Shown piece after piece: positions 1 to 11,540 of a stretch of DNA of 64,000 bases. The DNA comes from Callorhinchus milii (lineage: Eukaryota): positions 40,798,001-40,862,000 of the forward strand of contig NW_024704742.1 of NCBI RefSeq assembly GCF_018977255.1. The letters run 5' to 3'. The notes beneath the pieces were generated by a model. It worked only from the letters and a program-made list of their open reading frames with translations, searched no databases and had not been told where the DNA came from. The position numbers and the translations under genes were made by a program. Numbering within the stretch: the first letter of the stretch is position 1; each line of letters begins with the position of its first letter.

Positions 1-361
1 CAGCCTGTGACCGTTCGCACACCAGGCTGCACAAAAATATCACCCCAAATCCGAGTTCTGCTCGCCAGTGAAAGCACTGTCTGGCAAACTTCCCACTGCT
101 TGTCCAACTGGGACCATTCTACCCATTAGGACTTTGGCTTGCAGGGTTAACAGGATCTAAGTGGAAGAATCCCTGGCCCCAGTATTCAGTCTGCCCTTCT
201 AAGTGCTTCCGATGAGCCAGACTGGCTGGTTTGTCATTGGCACTGCCCCTCAGTTCAATGGTCCTACCTGGCTCAAGAACTGGACTACTGTAACCACCAC
301 ACAGGATTGACTCGATTCCAACAATGTATCGCCATCTTGGAGTCAGTTCAGTTCCAAAGAG

Positions 362-793
362 ACTCCACTGGCTCCCTATCCTTCAGAGGGTCCAGTTCAA
401 GATCCTGGTCCTCACCTACAAAGCCCTCCATGGCCTCGTCCCACCCTATCTCTGCGACCTCCTAACCCCCTACCAACCCGCCTGTTCCCTCCGCTCAGCC
501 GGCTCCTGCCTGCTCCAAGTCCCCCGACCCACCCGTGGCGGGAAATCTTTCAACCACTCTGCCCCCAACCTCTGGAATTCCATCCCCCAATCACTCTGCC
601 TCGCCCCCTCCTTAGCTACTTTCAAGTCCAGCCTCAAAATCCTCCTCTTCGACCATGCCATTGGTCACCCCCTCTTCCCCTCCCCTCCCCCTTCCTGACC
701 CCAGCTCGGGTCTGAAATGCTGCACACCTTCCAGCGCCTTAGGACATCCTCCCGACATGAAGGGCGCTTTACAAATGTAATCTTGTTGTTGTT
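362..793 (+). mobile_element. L2-clade LINE 3' fragment
   Basis: LHWLPI..RVQFKILVLTYKALHGL.PPYL.DLL..Y.P..SLRS...APNLWNSIP is the L2 ORF2 C-terminus; stem-loop 3' end and (TTG)n tail. Confidence 0.9.
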
Positions 794-1395
794 TACATCC
801 CCCTTCAAGGAGGATAGTCACTAGTGGGTCATTTGACATCAGACAAACAACCACAGTTGCGAGTCCTCATGAGGTGGATAGGGGGTACCAGAAACACCTT
901 GCAAGCTTCCCAGTAAGTAGTACAACTTAGCATGAAATGCTTCTCTTTTCTAATAGAAAAGAATGACACAGAATCTTTAATGTCTTTGCGTAAGAGGGAG
1001 ACAGAACCTCAGTTTAGCATCTCATCTGGAAGATGAAACCGCCAATGCAGGATCCCACCCAATACTGCACCGGTATCAGTCACAATATGATAAAAAGAAT
1101 TAGCAGCAGATTCATCCTCAAGACGCCATCAAGCATTTTCAAACTGTTGTTTCAAAGTAACAATGATGGTGCTTGGCTGTTGCCTTCTCTTGGGACACTG
1201 CCTGGACACAGCATACAGATAAAAATATTGTTCTCAAAATGTAACAAAAAACAAGATAATTCCTTTGTGCAAACCTCTATGACAGCACTAATAAAATGGA
1301 CAAACTACAAACAAATATGGAGTACACCAGTTCACATGGAACTTTAGCACAAATTAATTTATACTAATGCAAATATTCTAAAGTTAAAAACTCAC

Positions 1396-1467
1396 CAATT
1401 TTTCTGCCTTTTCATCCAATTGATTTGCATACGTCAAAAGATCCACTTTTGTTGTTGTTTTGCGTAA
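1396..1467 (-). CDS. PROM1: Prominin-1 coding exon 17 (72 nt); gene continues beyond the window start
   Basis: LRKTTTKVDLLTYANQLDEKAEKL; ctttcag|TTA...TTG|gtgagt; no stop codon or TM5 found in the window. Confidence 0.92.
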
Positions 1468-2123
1468 CTGAAAGAAACAATGATTTGAATGCCTTACAAT
1501 TGCAAATTATCATGTAATATGAAGTGGGAAGAGTGAGACTAATTATAGCACTCCTATATCTATCCTACAAAAATGTTTTGCCCAAGTTCCATACTGGAGC
1601 AACATGCCTGAAAGCTCAGGGCAGACAAAGTGTGAAAAGAACACAAGTGGAGGACAAGAAAGTGGGGGTGGAAGAGATTGGAAAAGTAGTATGAGGCAAG
1701 AGAATGAAGGCAAGTAGGGACAAGAGAACGAAGGAAAATGTACTGGGGGACAGAGAGCATATGGGGCAAGGATGGGGGTGATGAAAGCGTGGAACTTGGT
1801 AAGGGAAGAGAGATCAGGCTTGGTTGCCCTCTACTGTTACAGTTAAGCAAATACTCACTGCAAAGTATCACACATAAACAATGAAAACATAAAGGAGAAT
1901 GCCCATGGAATGAAATACATTCAAGAACAAAGCCAAAATGGCAGCCACAAAGTCACTTCCTGTGTTCTGCACTTGCGCTATGCGCAGATAATTTCTGCAC
2001 ATGTACAAGGATTGATAAGCATGAACTTAATGAAGTACTTTACACACTGTTTGTGAAGTTAGGTTACTTTGAAGCTGGCATTTTTATTGGATTGAATCCT
2101 TTTATTTGTAATACATGAGCTTC

Positions 2124-2315
2124 AATAATCCCTCCAAAACAAAACAATAATAAATTGGTCATTTTCAATCCACGACTGTTTGTGGGACACTGCTGTGCGC
2201 TTCGTTTCACCCACAAATATACAGTCAATTCTCTTTACAGCATATTCTGTGAAGCGCTTTGAGACGTCTAGAAGACGTGAAAAGCGTGATATCAAATGCA
2301 AGGATTATTATTATT
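2124..2315 (+). mobile_element. 5'-truncated copy of the same SINE
   Basis: Begins at AATAATCCCTCCAAAAC and runs to the (ATT)n tail; lacks the tRNA head. Confidence 0.88.
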
Positions 2316-2602
2316 AAACATGAAACCAATTTAATCCCAGCAGTGAAAAATCAAGTGGATGCTCAAAGCTCAAAAGGCATTCACATACATTAAAATAAGG
2401 TACGTCTGAAGGTCATGACTTTTTTTTAAAAAACTAATTTGCATAAAGTAGATTCACAGATCACATGAAATTAAGTGGGGTTGCAAATAGAAAATTAGGA
2501 TTTTGATTACACATTATATACCACTCACATTCAAAACAAATGACAGATCTATTTAATGTAGACCTGACATGTTATTTTCTTAAAAAAAGGATGAAATATT
2601 AC

Positions 2603-2749
2603 CTCTGCAATATAGGCATCAAACTCAATGCCATCAATGCCAGATTTTTCAAATTTCTGAAGGCTCTTTTTCACTTCCGGGTCAAGAAGTACTATACTAC
2701 TTAAATCCACATTAATGTTTTTCAAATTGGCTTGTAGCTCAGATGTGTA
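2603..2749 (-). CDS. PROM1: Prominin-1 coding exon 16 (147 nt)
   Basis: YTSELQANLKNINVDLSSIVLLDPEVKKSLQKFEKSGIDGIEFDAYIAE; tttttcag|TAC...GAG|gtaata. Confidence 0.93.
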
Positions 2750-3606
2750 CTGAAAAAGAAAATCACCACAAGAAATATTACATTTATTATGTCAATAAAT
2801 CAAGTACAGTGATAGTCAACATACACATTCTAAAGTTTGTACAATTAAAAGCAAACATCAAAAGTTATTAAAACATACAAACTTTGGAAATTTAACTGCA
2901 TACTTCTTCCCAGATCAAGTAATTCAACAGAGACAGGGAAGCAAACCAGTCACCTTCTGTTCTTTAATATTCTTTTGGTCAACCAGGTATCTGACACATG
3001 CAGAAAACCAGTACCATTCTTAAGAGTTTTCCAAACTTGACAAAATTCCACATATGCATGCCATCTCCATTTGGAAATTTCCAGGCATCTGGAATGGAAT
3101 GCACACTTTCCCTGAAGGGATGCAACCTGCTTACCTAATTCTGGGGAGGATTAGGCACATGTTAGCAAGAGCCAGGGCTTAGGTGTGTATTAGCATACTG
3201 CTGCAGCTTAATCAACTAAAACTGCATAGCTTGCCGCTAAAAGCACTGTTTGCCAAGATTTTCGCTGCTCATCCACTCGAACTCATTACTGTTAAGGCTT
3301 TAGCTAATGGGAGCCGAACTGATGGGAAGGAACCCTATCTCAGTGATCAGTCCCCTCTGCATGACTTGACGAAGACCCAAGGTGGCTGGTTTGTCAGCAG
3401 TAGTGCCTTGGAGTACTGTGGACCCACCTGGCTCAGGAACCGGGCTACCAAAACCATCATAGATGGTGGACTGGATTCCAACATTCTGTTGCCATGCACA
3501 TCATTTGCTCCATATGACATACCACCCACGTAGGGCAGTATTGATGTCTTAACCCATGAGCTGTTAAAATTAAATCAAAATAGATAGTGACAGCAATTTT
3601 ACTTAC

Positions 3607-3691
3607 CATGCTGACATTCATTTGATCCTCAATGCTGAATAAATTCTCCAGCTGTAAAGCGGAATAAATTCCTACTTTTCTGTGGCATTTG
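3607..3691 (-). CDS. PROM1: Prominin-1 coding exon 15 (85 nt)
   Basis: KCHRKVGIYSALQLENLFSIEDQMNVSM; tccag|C...ATG|gtaagt. Confidence 0.93.
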
Positions 3692-5778
3692 CTGGATAAA
3701 ACAAAATTCTGGTTCAGCATTCACAAACTGTATTTGCTTTAAGGCATACACAAAGGATTCTCAAGTGCATAATACTTTCGGGGCTTGAAAAAGATTAAGC
3801 AGTTCTGGAATGAAAGCCGTCAATACTGTCTCTGACTATGGAGAGAAACATTTACTACACATGCAGGTTTGGCCTCGTTGATTTATTACTCTATTCAACA
3901 GGTGGGTCTCTTATGGAAGCTAAGTGCCGATAATCAGAGAGGAGATAATGCTCTTTTTCACTGCACAAGCTATACCAATCCTTCATTAAGTACAAAGCAG
4001 TTTTGCCTGAAGAGTTCTGCCCACCTTCAGCATAATGCTGATGGTTGGATAGATGATATTCGAACCAAAAAGTCCTATGCAATATTCTACATCATCAATT
4101 TTGTCTTATGACGTTAAGTGATTTGCTTTACACAAAACATTTTAAAGTTGGAAAAGAGCCCTCCAACAGCCACTCTGTCAAAAAAAAGTAAAGTAACTAT
4201 TCAATTGAAAGCTTTTCACGGTTACTGCTATATTAAGTGAGAGAAATTATTTAATTCCATCCCTCTACAGCACAATGATGGTCTCTAACTGAAACAGCCA
4301 AACACAGTTACATTTATAGGAAATATTACATTATGGAGTTACTAAGGATGCTTACGTTCAGTAGAACAAAATTTTCATAATTCTGGGCTAGATTCAGACC
4401 TTGGTGGCAGAACAGAAAACATGCTTTCCATTGGACAACTTGGGACTATGCTACAGTTCTCCCAAGACTAGCAATAGCATTACCATAGGTTTCAACTCGA
4501 GTATTGCCAAAATTGCAACCTCCATAGCTCAAGGCAGTAGTTAATTTCCTTAATTAAAAGCAGCAAATTGATGGCAATAATAAATCAGCCCTTTGGCCAT
4601 TTACCACCAATTTATTAATACGAGAGTGAGGAGGGTAAATCTTGCACTTGGAATCTTAGTCTTGCATCCAGCAGTTAACTGCTAATTTACCACTTAATAC
4701 CATGTGTAAATATTCCTCCACAATACTTCATCAAAACTACAGCAGTGCTTCTTCAAAGGAATGAAGTAAATATAAATGAATTTATTCAGTGGCGAATAAT
4801 ATTGAATTCAGTCCTATTACATGAGACTGCATGGATCTAGATTGCAAAAATAGCATGCACCTCAGTACTTTTATATTTTTCCACTTGTACCACTGCCACT
4901 ACTAATGGAAATTTATAGAAAATATATTTTGCAAAGATAAAAAAATTATAAAAACATTTGAATCACATAGTTACAACCAAATTGCTTTGGGAACTCAGAT
5001 ATGTCATTTAAAGCATCACAGGCTGCTGCACTGAGCCATATGAACAAGCTCACACAGGTTTAATCTCTCATCTATGATGAGTCAGCAAATCTCTCATGAG
5101 GTAGTAGAGGGGGTACAATAAGTGTCTTTGGTATCCCAAACTAGGACAGGCGGAGAAAAATAATCAATGAGGATTCCTACTCCAGATCACCTTCCCAGAA
5201 TACAGCAGGCATGTCAGAAGGCAAGGATGCTCAGTTCCAACTTCCCATATGTTGAAAATGCTCATAACTATTAGTTCAGCCACAGCCTCATGCAATATCT
5301 TGTGGCTTGAAATCCTGATGGGTGCCACACACCCTTTTGAGCTTGACAAAATAATAAAGTCCCAGAATTATAAAAGTATTCCATCTAAGATAAAGGAGGG
5401 TGGAGGAGGGATTCCTTGGGGCTGACTCGGCTCCAACGAGGGTCACCTCCAAAGTCAGGCAGGTCTCGTGCAATTCAAGACATTGTTCAGTATGGAAGAG
5501 TGGGTTTGGTTTTCATAGGTCCTCAAGCCAAGGCTAGTAAGCAGGTGAGTCCTGGCCAGTCAAGTACAATGCTGCAATAACAGATCATCAAAAATCGCTG
5601 TCCAGATTTACACATGAAAAATGTTTGAACAATCTCTGAGAACCCACCAGCGTCAATTAACTTTTTACTATTTTCAAAAAAAAACACAGGTTATTGGACA
5701 ATGGATTGCTGTATCAAAACCCATGGTTGAAGCACAATCAACAACAGATTTTATTAATAACAAATCCTTACGTTTGAG

Positions 5779-6082
5779 ATGGTGCCTTTCATAGAACGAG
5801 GACATCTCAAGTACTTCACAAAATATACTGTGAAGAGTAGTGACTGTGCATTTGTAGGCAAACGCAGCAGCCAATTTATGCACAGAATAGTCCCACAAAC
5901 AGCCATGAAATCAATAACCAATAGTTTATTTATTTCGGGGCATGTTGGCCAAGACACTGGGAAGAAAACTGTTCTCTTTTTGAGTAGTGAAATGGGCTCT
6001 TTAACATCCACCTGAACAGGTAGACGTGACATTGTTGGGTTAATGTTGGGTTAACATCTAATCTGAAGCACAGCACTCCAAT
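5779..6082 (-). mobile_element. Old Deu-domain SINE (AmnSINE/SacSINE-like) remnant
   Basis: GCAGCCAATTT.TGCACAG...TCCCACAAACAG...GTTGGCCAAGACACTGGG...TTTAACATCCACCTGAACAGG matches the Deu-domain layout as I recall it. Confidence 0.65.
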
Positions 6083-6382
6083 AGAATATCAGACAACAAC
6101 TTGCATTTACGTAGCATCCTTCGCACGGGGTAGCGTCTTGGAGCAGTTAAACTAAATACAATTAACATTTATATAACACCTTTCACTTCATAAGGATGTC
6201 TCAAAGCGCTTGAAAATGCTGGCTGATCACCCGAGCTAGGGGTGGGAGCCTAGGGGGAAGGGAAAATCTAGAAAGAAAGAATGGCCAAAAAGGTAAATTC
6301 TGAGACAGACCTTGAAAGGGGATAGAGAGAGAAAATAGGAAGGTCTCCAGCAACAAATTAACACAAAGTGCTTGTATCTTAC

Positions 6383-6486
6383 GTGTATACACTCTGGAAA
6401 GTGATGTTTATATTGGAATCAGAAAACAGAGATCCTGAAATGAAGTATTTCCATTCAGAGTTCAATAAATAGGGTGTATCCAGAAC
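6383..6486 (-). CDS. PROM1: Prominin-1 coding exon 14 (104 nt)
   Basis: VLDTPYLLNSEWKYFISGSLFSDSNINITFQSVYT; VLDTPYLLN..W motif. Confidence 0.96.
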
Positions 6487-6612
6487 CTGAAATATAAAGA
6501 GAACCATCCAAATTAACAATGAAGCATTATACTCCAGGAACAAAATAAATACCACGCTTCTGCTCAGTTATCAGTAATTTTATAGTTTGACAAAGAAAAC
6601 TTATAACTTCAC

Positions 6613-6736
6613 CTTAAATAACTCGTTATCTTTTAAAGCTTGACAAGCAAGTTTTTCCACATTTCCTCCAACAATGAATGTGACCACAACGACCACCATC
6701 AAAAGCCAGGAAAAGATAAAACTGATCCCTACTCCA
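6613..6736 (-). CDS. PROM1: Prominin-1 coding exon 13 (124 nt): TM4
   Basis: GVGISFIFSWLLMVVVVVTFIVGGNVEKLACQALKDNELFK; tttcag|T...AAG|gtgaag. Confidence 0.96.
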
Positions 6737-6985
6737 CTGAAAGAAATCGTAAATTCAATTAATTCAATAGAATTAAATAAAGGTGTTCTTTAAAAAGAGA
6801 AACACAAACAGTTCTCTATTAAACACGTTTACAATCTAATCAACGATAACTTGCATTTATATGGTACCCTTCATGCAGAGTAATGTCTCGGAGCACTTAA
6901 CAGTGGGGGAGTTTGATGCGAGCTAGGCATTACTCAGAGCAAAAGTACTTCAAATGTTTTAATTCGATTATTCAGATTCTCTTAC

Positions 6986-7138
6986 GCCATGAGAAGACTG
7001 CCTCCTGTGTTCGATATGCAGCCTCGCGTGGTTGGAGAAGCATGTTTGTCAAGGCCACAGGAGCCAAATAGTAAACCAAGATAGTTGAAAGCAAGGATCA
7101 ACGACACCGAACAACAGACTGCAACACCACCAAGCCAC
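6986..7138 (-). CDS. PROM1: Prominin-1 coding exon 12 (153 nt): TM3 and intracellular loop
   Basis: [62 protein letters not shown] motif. Confidence 0.97.
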
Positions 7139-7216
7139 CTAGAAATACATGCAAGGCCTGAAAACTCTTCCATTCTGAACAATTTGAGACTCATTCACCA
7201 CGTTAAAAGAACTTAC

Positions 7217-7225
7217 AAATGCAAC
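7217..7225 (-). CDS. PROM1: Weak candidate 9-nt microexon between coding exons 11 and 12
   Basis: gtataactttag|GTTGCATTT|gtaagttc; in frame (adds LHL before WLGG); leaves a 78-nt downstream intron. Confidence 0.3.
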
Positions 7226-7914
7226 CTAAAGTTATACAAGTTGCAGGACTTCATTTTAATAAGAAAACACTCTCGCAAAGTTATTTTATCTGGCATCGCA
7301 ACAACGTCCAAAGTTCTATCAAAACAATCCAAAGTTGTATTTTCAAGACAGGTATAGTTACCAATATAAATATTTTACAATTTAAAAAATATATAAATCT
7401 TAAGTGAACAACTTTCCTGATGACTTAATTAGTTTATTGATGGGAAGAAATTGCACTGGAGTGAGATTTACTCCATTTATATAGTATTTTACAGTGTGCA
7501 GGATTTGGCAAATTGTTGAACTGGGTTATCATTGAAATCAGTTTTCTGTAATTCTTAAATGCAATAGAGGAAATCTAGACTTGAGTGGAATTTTTCCCCA
7601 TTAGTAGGAAAACTATAATTGGCCTCATTGCTTTTCAAACGACTCCTTTTGGGCATCGACATCAGAGCCAAGCTAAAGGGAGCTCAAATGTGATGCTATC
7701 TGCGACATTCAATATCGAGGCACACACATTATATTATTTCATGGGTGAGATAGCACATCCAAGCACGGAAAAAAGATGTCATCCACCATGAGAAGAAGAT
7801 GGGGAGGTGAAAACATTGATCAGGGAGAAAAATGCTCTCACCAATGGAAGATGAAAGAAATGATCAGATGACAAAAAGAGGGTCACTTCAGTTACTAAGA
7901 CAAAAGAAAAATAC

Positions 7915-8074
7915 CTGTAAAAGTCATATTGCTCCACCAATGGATAATACTGCTGAAAGTAACTCTGAAAATCTTCGAGGTACTCAGTTAAACTATGAAG
8001 TAAATTCTGAATAGGCAAGTCATTGGAAATGCCTGCAAGAACATCGCCAATACGGTTCAGTACATCATGTACAT
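7915..8074 (-). CDS. PROM1: Prominin-1 coding exon 11 (160 nt)
   Basis: DVHDVLNRIGDVLAGISNDLPIQNLLHSLTEYLEDFQSYFQQYYPLVEQYDFYR; tttcag|AT...AG|gtattt. Confidence 0.95.
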
Positions 8075-8628
8075 CTGAAACAAAGCATGAACACCATGAA
8101 CACCTCAAGTCCACAATGATGTACAGATTAGTTGATTCCATCATTGTTAGCGCTGAAGAATGAAATTGATGAGGAGGATGACAATGTAGGATTTAGCATG
8201 CACATTCTTACTGCCATATACTTAACAAGCCAATTCAAAAATGTGTATGAATCAAACTGAAGCTACATTTATCAGTGCCACAAGACAACATTAGAGCTTA
8301 TGTAATGCATCCATAGAGTTTGAGATGAGTCTGAAATTTACACAGAGTAATGTTTGCAATTTTTCTACAGCCAGAGTTTCCTGTTCTGCTTACAAATCAA
8401 AATGAATAGAAGCTAACATGTTTGAAACTAGCAGTTGATCAATATAACACGGTTATCTATTTCATAAATGTTCTGGGGAGCCAAAAACCCTTTTATATCA
8501 GAGAGAATTTATATGAGAGATTACTATGCGATCAGAAAACTCTGACTTGGTACGTTACATGAAAACACATGGAGACACACAGCACGACACAGATTTTACA
8601 TACTGTGCGTTTTTTTTGCTAAACTTAC

Positions 8629-8637
8629 GAGGGAGAG
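8629..8637 (-). CDS. PROM1: Candidate 9-nt facultative microexon between coding exons 10 and 11
   Basis: ctttttctaattttgcag|CTCTCCCTC|gtaagttt; frame-preserving, changes K-D-V to K-A-L-P-H-V. Confidence 0.6.
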
Positions 8638-8854
8638 CTGCAAAATTAGAAAAAGATGCCACGAACAAAATAAAAAACAGTAAAAAAGAGTTTAGTACAA
8701 GACCACTGAAACCTATATTTAGACAATTCTTTTTTGCACTTCCTTATTTTCTGAAACTATACTAATTTAGTTAGCAGTGAACTGCTCCACTTAAATTAGT
8801 TGGACAAGTCATAATTCATATATAATCAAAGCAGAAATGTTCCTACAGCTGTAC

Positions 8855-8918
8855 CTTTTCGAATAGATTTGGTTTCATTCTGTACCATTTCTTCAGTTTT
8901 ATCCAATGCTGCATATCC
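8855..8918 (-). CDS. PROM1: Prominin-1 coding exon 10 (64 nt)
   Basis: GYAALDKTEEMVQNETKSIRK; ttttag|GGA...AAA G|gtacag. Confidence 0.92.
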
Positions 8919-9154
8919 CTAAAACAAGAATTACAAAATTATTAAAAGCTAAACAGTCCAAAACAAATACATTATTAATTTGTTCTCAACAGTATTATAT
9001 TTATTGTCGGGTCAGTATTTTGGAAGGATGAGATCAAATGAGATGAAGGGCCTTCTTGATCCACATCTCTAATGATCTATTTTCATGCAAAACGGGCCTG
9101 TAATTCTGCTTCAAATTATCGTAATAAATCTAAAGACAGAAATAGAGTTAATTA

Positions 9155-9503
9155 TAGTGCAGCCCTGCTATAACACGTTCAGTATAGCGCCAAATTGCTA
9201 ATAGTATGATTGCACAAAAGTTCACTGCTCACAGAGGCAGCCGGTTCCAATTGTTTCCCCCGCACTGGCAAGCTATCCATGCTAAAATAGCTGATGTTTG
9301 GTCTAATAGGTCACCGCCAATATCACTTCTTGCTTCGTACATGTGCAGAAGCAGGAAGTGGCATTGCTGTTACCCACTGACCTGGAAGGTGACCTTTTTT
9401 CTTTTAGTCCAGGAGTCTGTAGGCACCAGCTACTAATGTCCCTCACTATAATGCCGGGTAGTATTTTATTGATCCAAAACTTGCATTATAGAGAGGTTGA
9501 TTA
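9155..9503. mobile_element. Decayed Tigger/pogo-like MITE
   Basis: Imperfect ends TAGTGCAGCCCTGCTATAACACG / TGCATTATAGAGAGGTTGATTA with internal CTATAA repeats. Confidence 0.4.
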
Positions 9504-9620
9504 GAGCCACATTCTTTTGTAACAGTGCCCAATGTTAGACACAATGTGTACATCAAATCTAGCTGCTTTCTGAAGGCACTGATTGAAGTGTTTGGGGCTT
9601 TTTAAAGCGATAACTCTTAC

Positions 9621-9695
9621 CTTTCGCACCAAGTCAGAGAAATTTGTTTTCTGCACATCTTTCACTTTGGCGAGTTGAGATTCTACACCTTGTAA
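9621..9695 (-). CDS. PROM1: Prominin-1 coding exon 9 (75 nt)
   Basis: LQGVESQLAKVKDVQKTNFSDLVRK; ttcag|TTA...AAG|gtaaga; phase 0 to 0. Confidence 0.93.
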
Positions 9696-10136
9696 CTGAA
9701 GCATTAAAAATAAATTTAGTTGGTTGAAAAAGACAACTCATTAGGCATAACAAAATTACAAAATATTTTTTAAAAATCACTATCCACATTGGGTTTAAAA
9801 TGTAAAGCACCATAGATACCTGAAATGGTATAAAATGCATGCAGTTCACAAGGTGACATTTGTAACACCAAGAATGTTACCAACTATTTTTGATCAGTGT
9901 ATATATTTAAATGTTTACACACCAAGAAAAGGAGCAAGCTTCTGACTGACACGTCTGACTGTTATCAAGGAGGCATTAAGGGACAGCCCGTAACGAGAAG
10001 CAACTAGGTGATGCTGCCTCCACAATTCTGTAGGAATCACCCCATTTATACCATGGGTAAGATTCCACCTCAGTATGGTCGACAGATAATTGCATGCTCA
10101 GAGAGCATCACTGTTGAAGGGATTTGCCAACTTCTG

Positions 10137-10208
10137 CATTGCTCCTTGTGGAGATTGGAATGTGCCAGTGTCAGGTGTGACGTATTCCAATCTCCACAAG
10201 GAGCAATG
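10137..10208. repeat. Perfect 25-bp inverted repeat with 22-nt spacer
   Basis: CATTGCTCCTTGTGGAGATTGGAAT (10137-10161) / ATTCCAATCTCCACAAGGAGCAATG (10184-10208). Confidence 0.95.
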
Positions 10209-10495
10209 GACAATCAGAAAACTATCAGACAAGGCCATCCAGCAAGGTGCCATGGCCTTAATGGGCTTTCGGCACTCAGCACAATGCAGTGTGAGATCCC
10301 ACAATTCAGGGTTTAGATCCCCACTGTAGAGTATCTTTGTCCAGACAAGGTCACTTAATTTGACAAGTTGGTCCTTGGGAGCAAGACATCACTTGCTATT
10401 CAAATTAACAACCAAGCCAAGCTGTAAATTGAATCTGACAAAGCAATTGGAAGGAGGGGAAAAGAAGCAACATATTTAAATAAAGCATCTCTTAC

Positions 10496-10713
10496 CTTAC
10501 TGAAATCTGCATTTATACTAAGACTTGGGAGTGTATTCCTGATGGAGTCACAGATCTGAGTACTTCCTGGTGTCCTGCATGTTGGATCATTCAGTGTGTC
10601 ACCGAGGCTGGTTTGCAAATCAGTCAAGGAAGTACTTAATTTATCGGTTCCATCTTTTAAGACATCACGGGAGAGACTCACATTCTCTAAGGCTTCCTGG
10701 GTTTCCTTGATAG
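10496..10713 (-). CDS. PROM1: Prominin-1 coding exon 8 (218 nt)
   Basis: TIKETQEALENVSLSRDVLKDG...LNDPTC...ICDSIRNTLPSLSINADFSK; tgcag|CT...AAG|gtaaga. Confidence 0.96.
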
Positions 10714-11464
10714 CTGCAGAGGCATACACTTAGTGAGAAATATCCAAGCAATACCACATTTCCTTTACTTTCAACATTACTTGGCTGGACAAAACCCACC
10801 ATATTTCAGCTATAGGTACATTCTGAAGAGAAAATAGATCAGTTTCTACTCATTGAAATATTGAAAGCAGAAAAGTGCATTCTCGTTTCTGAAGTCTCTA
10901 AAACCCCAAATACATCCAAGTTTCTCAAAAGAATGAAAAAATGGACAAATTCATTGACAATTATTGGAATCTTATGGGAAATTGGATGAGTAGATTGGAT
11001 GAATTGATAGTTAAAGTCTGCCTAAAATTGTTATGATGAGCTTTCGTATAGTTATCAAGATCTGCTGCTTATTCTCAAGATCCACAGGTAACGTAAAACA
11101 AATATCAAATTGAGAACTTCATTAATCTAGTTCAAAGTGGCATCCTGAAAACAGTAGCACCACCATTCCAAGAAAGTACCACTGAATTATAATGACCTCA
11201 TATTTCTATTTTAAAAATCATTTTGTTTAAATGGAAATCACAGATTGCTTCAAAAATCTGGTTATCAAGCATCATTGCAGTTCATTCCTTACTGGTGATT
11301 GTGCCAGTTATTCCAAAGTTTAATTATTTTTGTGTTGTATATATTATGTGTTTTTTTTAAAAAAGTTTTCAAAATTCCATTGTTTCAATACCCAAGATTT
11401 ACTTTTCTAGGTCAGAAGCTGCACAAATCACCTGTAAAAATCAGGCCTGTGAAGTGAATTGAAA

Positions 11465-11494
11465 TGCAGCACTATTCTGCCACTAGATGGAACT
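11465..11494 (+). promoter_or_regulatory. Candidate CTCF site
   Basis: Core GCCACTAGATGGAAC (consensus CCACYAGRKGGCRC) preceded by a TGCAG upstream motif at typical spacing. Confidence 0.45.
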
Positions 11495-11540
11495 CAATAT
11501 GCATAGTTCATTGAACATGCAATGGAAGATGGATTCTGCA

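Noticed and set aside
1..1395. Search for the next PROM1 coding exon
   Set aside because: No open, splice-bounded segment resembling the expected prominin sequence; the region is mostly repeats, so the exon probably lies beyond the window edge
3135..3140. Possible 6-nt poison microexon (cctccccag|AATTAG|gtaagc)
   Set aside because: The branch-like motif is too close to the AG and the site lies next to old repeat sequence; chance splice-like motifs are common and nothing else supports it
11432..11446. Possible 15-nt in-frame microexon in intron 7
   Set aside because: Weak donor (gtgatt) and modest pyrimidine tract; not distinguishable from background
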